The notes under the pieces are model-generated. The model was given only the letters and a program-made list of their open reading frames with translations, was not told where the DNA came from and searched no databases. Of a stretch of 47,983 nucleotides of DNA, positions 43,806 to 47,983 are shown one piece after another. How positions within the stretch are numbered: position 1 is the stretch's first letter; every line of letters begins with the position of its first letter. The position numbers were made by a program, and so were the translations under genes. Source of the stretch: Alphaproteobacteria bacterium MarineAlpha3_Bin7. Lineage in GTDB: Bacteria > Pseudomonadota > Alphaproteobacteria > Rhodospirillales > UBA2165. The stretch spans positions 1 to 47,983 of the forward strand of contig PTLG01000001.1 of the NCBI GenBank assembly GCA_002937995.1. The letters are read 5' to 3'.

Positions 43806-44795
43806 ATGGCAAATACGATGAAAGCAGCATGTTATAAGCAACTTGGTGGTCCAGAAGTTTTAGAAATACTTGATTTAGAAATTCCTGAACCAGGTCCCGG
43901 TGAAGTCAGAGTAAAAGTTAATGTGTCAGGAGTAAATCCGTCTGACTGGAAGGCCAGAAGAAATGGCAGAGGTGGTGGGATGGGCTTTGACATGATTATT
44001 CCCCATAGTGATGGATCCGGTACTGTGGATGCAGTGGGGGATGGTGTTGAAAGTCCCTTAATTGGTGAAAAAGTATGGACTGTCAACGCACAATACAAAC
44101 GACCCTTTGGCACAGCGGCAGAATATGTGGTGGTTCCAAGAAATTATGTATTTAAACTTCCCAAGAGTACTTCCCTAGAGGAAGCAGCATGTTTTGGTAT
44201 TCCATTTTTGACGGCGTATAGGGCACTAACTGTAGATGGTGATATTAGCGGGCAGAATATATTAATCCAAGGTGGTGCTGGCAGTGTTGGCCACCATCTG
44301 ATTCAAATTGCTAAATGGCTTGGGGCTAAAGTCCTCACTTCGGTAAGTTCTGAGGAAAAAGAGCGTTATGTCATAGACGCGGGTGCGGATGAGGTCTTTA
44401 ATTATCGGGACAGCAAGTTTGTTGAGAATATTTTGTCGTCTACAAATGGTGTAGGTGTTGATAGAATTATCGAGGTTGACGTAGCAAGTAATATAAAAAC
44501 TTATGATCAAATATTAAAACCTAAGGGTGCTGCTATTATCTATGGAACGAGTCTTCCTGTAGCCGAGGCGCCGAGTTACAGCTTTATCGTAAGAGAAGCC
44601 AAGCTTCAGTGGATTCTAGTTTATGAATTAAATGATGAGCAAAGAGAACAGGGTGTTAGCTTGCTAAATGACATGGTTGTAAGTGGTAAACTTAAAACAA
44701 CTATTTCTCAAAAGTTTTCTCTAGAAGAAGTGGCGGAGGCGCATAAAACGGTAGAAGACGCGCAGCATATTGGGAACGTAATATTAGAAATTTGA
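43806..44795 (+). CDS. NADPH:quinone oxidoreductase / zinc-type alcohol dehydrogenase family (MDR)
   Basis: 329 aa. GEVRVKVNVSGVNPSD, and ILIQGGAGSVGHHLIQIAK as the nucleotide-binding motif. Confidence 0.8.
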   Translation: MANTMKAACYKQLGGPEVLEILDLEIPEPGPGEVRVKVNVSGVNPSDWKARRNGRGGGMGFDMIIPHSDGSGTVDAVGDGVESPLIGEKVWTVNAQYKRPFGTAAEYVVVPRNYVFKLPKSTSLEEAACFGIPFLTAYRALTVDGDISGQNILIQGGAGSVGHHLIQIAKWLGAKVLTSVSSEEKERYVIDAGADEVFNYRDSKFVENILSSTNGVGVDRIIEVDVASNIKTYDQILKPKGAAIIYGTSLPVAEAPSYSFIVREAKLQWILVYELNDEQREQGVSLLNDMVVSGKLKTTISQKFSLEEVAEAHKTVEDAQHIGNVILEI

Positions 44796-44866
44796 TCATT
44801 GATGGGTATACAAGGAATACGACAAAACATAAGAAAAATTAAAACTGGTATTGGGGCTAAAACGGT

Positions 44867-45883
44867 ATGGGGATTTTTGAGCGTGGTCTAACATTGTGGA
44901 TAGGGTTGGCGTTGTTATTAGGTATAGGTTTAGGTCAGTTGGCGCCGAGTTTTTTTTCTACCATTGGTGAATTGGAATACGCAAATGTTAACCTAGTAAT
45001 AGCAGTTCTTGTTTGGCTTATGATTTATCCTATGATGTTGCAGGTGGATCTCTCCTCGCTGTTTAGGTTAACCCAAGAACCAAAAGGCCTCCTTTTAACC
45101 TCAATTATTAACTGGCTAGTGAAGCCATTCACGATGGCACTTTTAGCTGTCTTTTTTTTTGAGATAGTTTTTAGGGATTTAATATCACCTCAGGATGCTA
45201 AAGCATATATTGCGGGTTTGATCCTTCTTGGTGCTGCCCCCTGTACGGCTATGGTTTTTATCTGGAGTCAGCTTACAAAAGGAGATGCATCCTACACTCT
45301 TCTTCAGGTTTCTTTAAATGATATAATTATGGTCTTTGCGTTTACACCCATAGTAGCTTTCCTATTAGGTGTTGGTGAAATAATCGTACCTTGGGAAACG
45401 TTGCTGTTATCGGCTGTATTATTTGTCGTCATACCCCTGTTTGCCGGCGTATTTACACAAAAATTACTCAAATCTAAAACCAATATGGGAGTCGAAACAT
45501 TATCAAAACAGCTTAAACCAGTCTCCATATTGAGTTTGATTTTGACCGTTGTCATATTATTTGGTCTTCAAGGTGATATAATACTAAGCCAGCCCGCGAT
45601 AATTGTAATGATTGCTGTCCCACTTCTCATACAGAGCTATGGAATATTCTTTTTGGGGTACGCTATCGCCTGGTTTTTCCAAATACCACACCGAATTTCT
45701 GCCCCGGCAGCTTTGATTGGAACATCAAACTTTTTCGAGTTAGCTGTAGCCGTAGCTATCGGTGTCTTTGGGATTAACTCTGGTGCAGCACTTGCCACAG
45801 TAGTAGGGGTTTTAGTTGAAGTTCCTGTAATGTTATCTTTGGTGGGTTTTACAAATAGGACTAGGCATTATTTTCCAACTTGA
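44867..45883 (+). CDS. acr3: ACR3-family arsenite efflux transporter
   Basis: 338 aa. [20 protein letters not shown] start and [20 protein letters not shown] (ACR3 Cys motif). Ten-TM-like profile. Confidence 0.75.
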   Translation: MGIFERGLTLWIGLALLLGIGLGQLAPSFFSTIGELEYANVNLVIAVLVWLMIYPMMLQVDLSSLFRLTQEPKGLLLTSIINWLVKPFTMALLAVFFFEIVFRDLISPQDAKAYIAGLILLGAAPCTAMVFIWSQLTKGDASYTLLQVSLNDIIMVFAFTPIVAFLLGVGEIIVPWETLLLSAVLFVVIPLFAGVFTQKLLKSKTNMGVETLSKQLKPVSILSLILTVVILFGLQGDIILSQPAIIVMIAVPLLIQSYGIFFLGYAIAWFFQIPHRISAPAALIGTSNFFELAVAVAIGVFGINSGAALATVVGVLVEVPVMLSLVGFTNRTRHYFPT

Positions 45884-45933
45884 CGAGTGTCTCGTGACAA
45901 TAGAACTTAGTACAAATAGATTGAAAGTGTCTT

Positions 45934-47079
45934 ATGAGTGTTATTACAACAATTGAAGATTTAAGAGTATTGGCTAAACGTCGTGTGCCGAAGATGTTTT
46001 TCGATTATATGGCATCCGGTTCTTGGACCGAAACTACTCTTAGACAAAATATGGAAGACTTTGAGAAAATTGCTTTTCGCCAAAGGGTCGCAGTTGATCT
46101 GTCCAATAGAACTGTTCAGACAAGTATGTTGGGTGAAACTGTTACAATGCCCGTTGCCTTGGCTCCGACTGGTTTAGCCGGTATGCAGCACGCCAATGGT
46201 GAGATACTAGCTGCAAAAGCAGCAACGAATTTTGGTGTGCCCTTTACTCTCTCTACGATGTCTATCTGCTCCGTTGAAGACTTAGCGGATAATGTTCAAT
46301 CCCCGTTCTGGTTCCAGCTATACGTTATGCGGGACAGAAATTTTTCACACAAACTTGTCAGTCGTGCTCAGAAAGCTGGCTGTTCTGCATTAATTGTAAC
46401 ACTTGACTTGCAGGTGATGGGACAGCGACATCAAGATATAAAAAATGGACTAACCACGCCACCTAGACTAACCCTAAGAAATATTGTGGACATGATGAAA
46501 AGACCCGCATGGTCATGGGGTATGTTGAATACGAAGCGGCGGCAATTTGGTAATATTGTGGGTCATGTGGATGGCGTTTCTGACTTGTCTTCCCTTGCCG
46601 CTTGGACAGCTGAGCAGTTTGATCCAAGTTTGAGTTGGGAGGATATAGCCCGTATTCGTGATTTGTGGCAGGGAAAGTTTGTGCTGAAGGGTATAATGGA
46701 CCCAGAAGACGCTGCAAAGGGTTTAGAAATTGGAGCAGATGCAATAATAGTGTCCAACCACGGCGGTAGACAACTGGACGGATCTAATTCTACCATTAGC
46801 GCATTGCCTGGTATAGCAGAGGCAGTGGGAAAAAACGCTGAGGTCTGGGTAGATGGAGGTATTAGAACAGGCCAGGATGTTCTTAAAGCTATTGCATTAG
46901 GAGCAGATGCGACTTTAATTGGAAGGGCTTATTTGTATGGTCTGGGCGCACTGGGCGAGAGGGGTGTAACTCAAGCGCTTGAAATATTGCATAAAGAATT
47001 GGATATGACTATGGCTCTCTGTGGCCATCGGGTCATTAATGAGGTAGACCGGGACATTTTTTCACGTTGTCCATTCTGA
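45934..47079 (+). CDS. FMN-dependent alpha-hydroxy acid dehydrogenase/oxidase (L-lactate dehydrogenase LldD-like)
   Basis: 381 aa. SNHGGRQLD active-site motif, and DGGIRTGQDVLKAIALGA. Confidence 0.85.
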   Translation: MSVITTIEDLRVLAKRRVPKMFFDYMASGSWTETTLRQNMEDFEKIAFRQRVAVDLSNRTVQTSMLGETVTMPVALAPTGLAGMQHANGEILAAKAATNFGVPFTLSTMSICSVEDLADNVQSPFWFQLYVMRDRNFSHKLVSRAQKAGCSALIVTLDLQVMGQRHQDIKNGLTTPPRLTLRNIVDMMKRPAWSWGMLNTKRRQFGNIVGHVDGVSDLSSLAAWTAEQFDPSLSWEDIARIRDLWQGKFVLKGIMDPEDAAKGLEIGADAIIVSNHGGRQLDGSNSTISALPGIAEAVGKNAEVWVDGGIRTGQDVLKAIALGADATLIGRAYLYGLGALGERGVTQALEILHKELDMTMALCGHRVINEVDRDIFSRCPF

Positions 47080-47102
47080 CATCGAGCCAATCCTTAAAGT
47101 TG

Positions 47103-47672
47103 TTATAATTTAACCCAACCCTCCGGTGGCTTTCCTTTTCCTGGATGTAGTTCTCCGCAGGAGTTGCATGTGCGAGCATTAATATCTTGGTGAAAATTTT
47201 CATAGACCTTGGGGAGTTCAGTAACTATTCCCTCTGAAGATGTAAGACTAACTTCTGCTCGGTAAATTCGTTTTTCACAACTAAAACAATACCATTCAAA
47301 CCCATCCCTCATGCCTAGTTGTCTAGCGCCCTCTACCACTATTCCATAAGAATCCGGGTCGGGCCTTTGGGGGGCATGTAAGACGTGAGAGGGGAGAAAA
47401 AAAATATCACCCTCATTGATACGTACGTCATATATTTTTTCTCTATCAGCTATTTTGAGGATTATATCACCCTTGATTTGATGAAACCACTCTTCGACTG
47501 GGTCATCATGAAAATCTACTCTAGTATTACCACCGCTTACAGCTTGTATTATCATCCCAGCGTCTTCGTGCAGTAATTTGTTGCTAACAGGGGGCTTCAT
47601 CTTGCTCTTATTTTCTTTTATCCATTTATGAAAATTAAAAGCAGATAAAGTTGGGTGAGCTGGCATCCTCAT
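47103..47672 (-). CDS. 3-hydroxyanthranilate 3,4-dioxygenase
   Basis: 189 aa. Cupin core (VDFHDDPVEEWFHQIKGDIILKI ... FFLPSHVLHAPQRP), plus a C-terminal C-x-x-C ... C-x-x-C rubredoxin-like site typical of bacterial HAO. Confidence 0.75.
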   Translation of the reverse strand: MRMPAHPTLSAFNFHKWIKENKSKMKPPVSNKLLHEDAGMIIQAVSGGNTRVDFHDDPVEEWFHQIKGDIILKIADREKIYDVRINEGDIFFLPSHVLHAPQRPDPDSYGIVVEGARQLGMRDGFEWYCFSCEKRIYRAEVSLTSSEGIVTELPKVYENFHQDINARTCNSCGELHPGKGKPPEGWVKL

Positions 47673-47840
47673 ATCTCCAGTTAGTATTTATATTTCTACA
47701 AATTCAAAATAGCACTTTTAAGGGTCGACAAAATTTAATTTATAGGCATCAATCTATCTATCACACGCAACCATATCAAGGGTCATGTTAATAGGCTATT
47801 TGATAGCAAGTACAAATTAACTTAATAGTTGGGGGATAAG

Positions 47841-47983
47841 ATGGGAGAGGTAATTGATATTCATACACATATGCTGAACGACCAATGGCTAGATACAATA
47901 TTAAAGTATGGAGGTTCTTATAGCTTAAAGGAATTGCAAGGCCAAAGAGCAATTCACTATGATGGCGCACCTTTTATGACATT
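47841..47983 (+). CDS. 5' end of an amidohydrolase, ACMSD-like (cut by window edge)
   Basis: MGEVIDIHTHMLNDQWLDTILKYGG... contains the D-x-H-x-H metal motif. It is divergent from the HAO gene, which is a kynurenine-pathway context. Confidence 0.5.
   Translation, partial: MGEVIDIHTHMLNDQWLDTILKYGGSYSLKELQGQRAIHYDGAPFMT

Noticed and set aside
1-47983. Search by eye for CRISPR arrays, tRNA/rRNA genes, integrases, transposases and long terminal repeats
   Set aside because: I saw no regularly spaced repeats, no cloverleaf-like sequences in the intergenic regions and no recombinase motifs in any ORF. Absence cannot be proven without tRNAscan/Infernal/ISfinder-type searches.

Overview
The window has two parts.

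(1) Bases 1 to ~27,400 are a gene-dense accessory island that looks like a defence/conflict island. It contains:
- a Ser/Thr kinase + PP2C phosphatase pair, where the kinase carries duplicated DUF5710-like modules;
- a PD-(D/E)XK nuclease / MORN-peptidoglycan-binding membrane protein / TerB-like operon;
- a microviridin-type (MdnC/MvdD-like) ATP-grasp gene with candidate substrate peptides;
- an acidic protein / bPH membrane protein / membrane-anchored nuclease operon;
- a complete TerY-P triad (vWA TerY + PP2C + kinase) plus an extra TerY paralogue;
- two paralogous soluble KAP-family P-loop NTPases, each divergently paired with a paralogous coiled-coil multi-pass membrane protein;
- a WYL-domain regulator divergent from a 10-gene co-directional block. 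That block holds a PcfJ-like protein, a DUF4258-like toxin-type protein, and a translationally coupled 8-gene envelope operon built on an ExbB/ExbD-type proton channel plus two TonB/TolA-like Lys/Pro-rich anchors.

I recognised no rRNA, tRNA, CRISPR array, integrase or transposase.

(2) Bases ~27,400 to the end are ordinary metabolic genes: TAXI-TRAP transporter, cupin, fhs, GST, acylphosphatase, FAD monooxygenase, dehydrogenases, acyl-CoA ligase, ACR3, lactate-oxidase-like enzyme, and 3-hydroxyanthranilate dioxygenase with an ACMSD-like neighbour. The notable item there is a redoxin gene whose catalytic Cys codon is an in-frame TGA, which I predict encodes selenocysteine.

The best candidates for an undescribed system are the Exb-type envelope operon with its WYL/PcfJ/DUF4258 neighbours (18.3-26.3 kb) and the duplicated KAP NTPase + membrane-partner modules (11.8-18.0 kb).

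All domain calls come from reading motifs by eye. None has been verified by HMM, BLAST or folding software.
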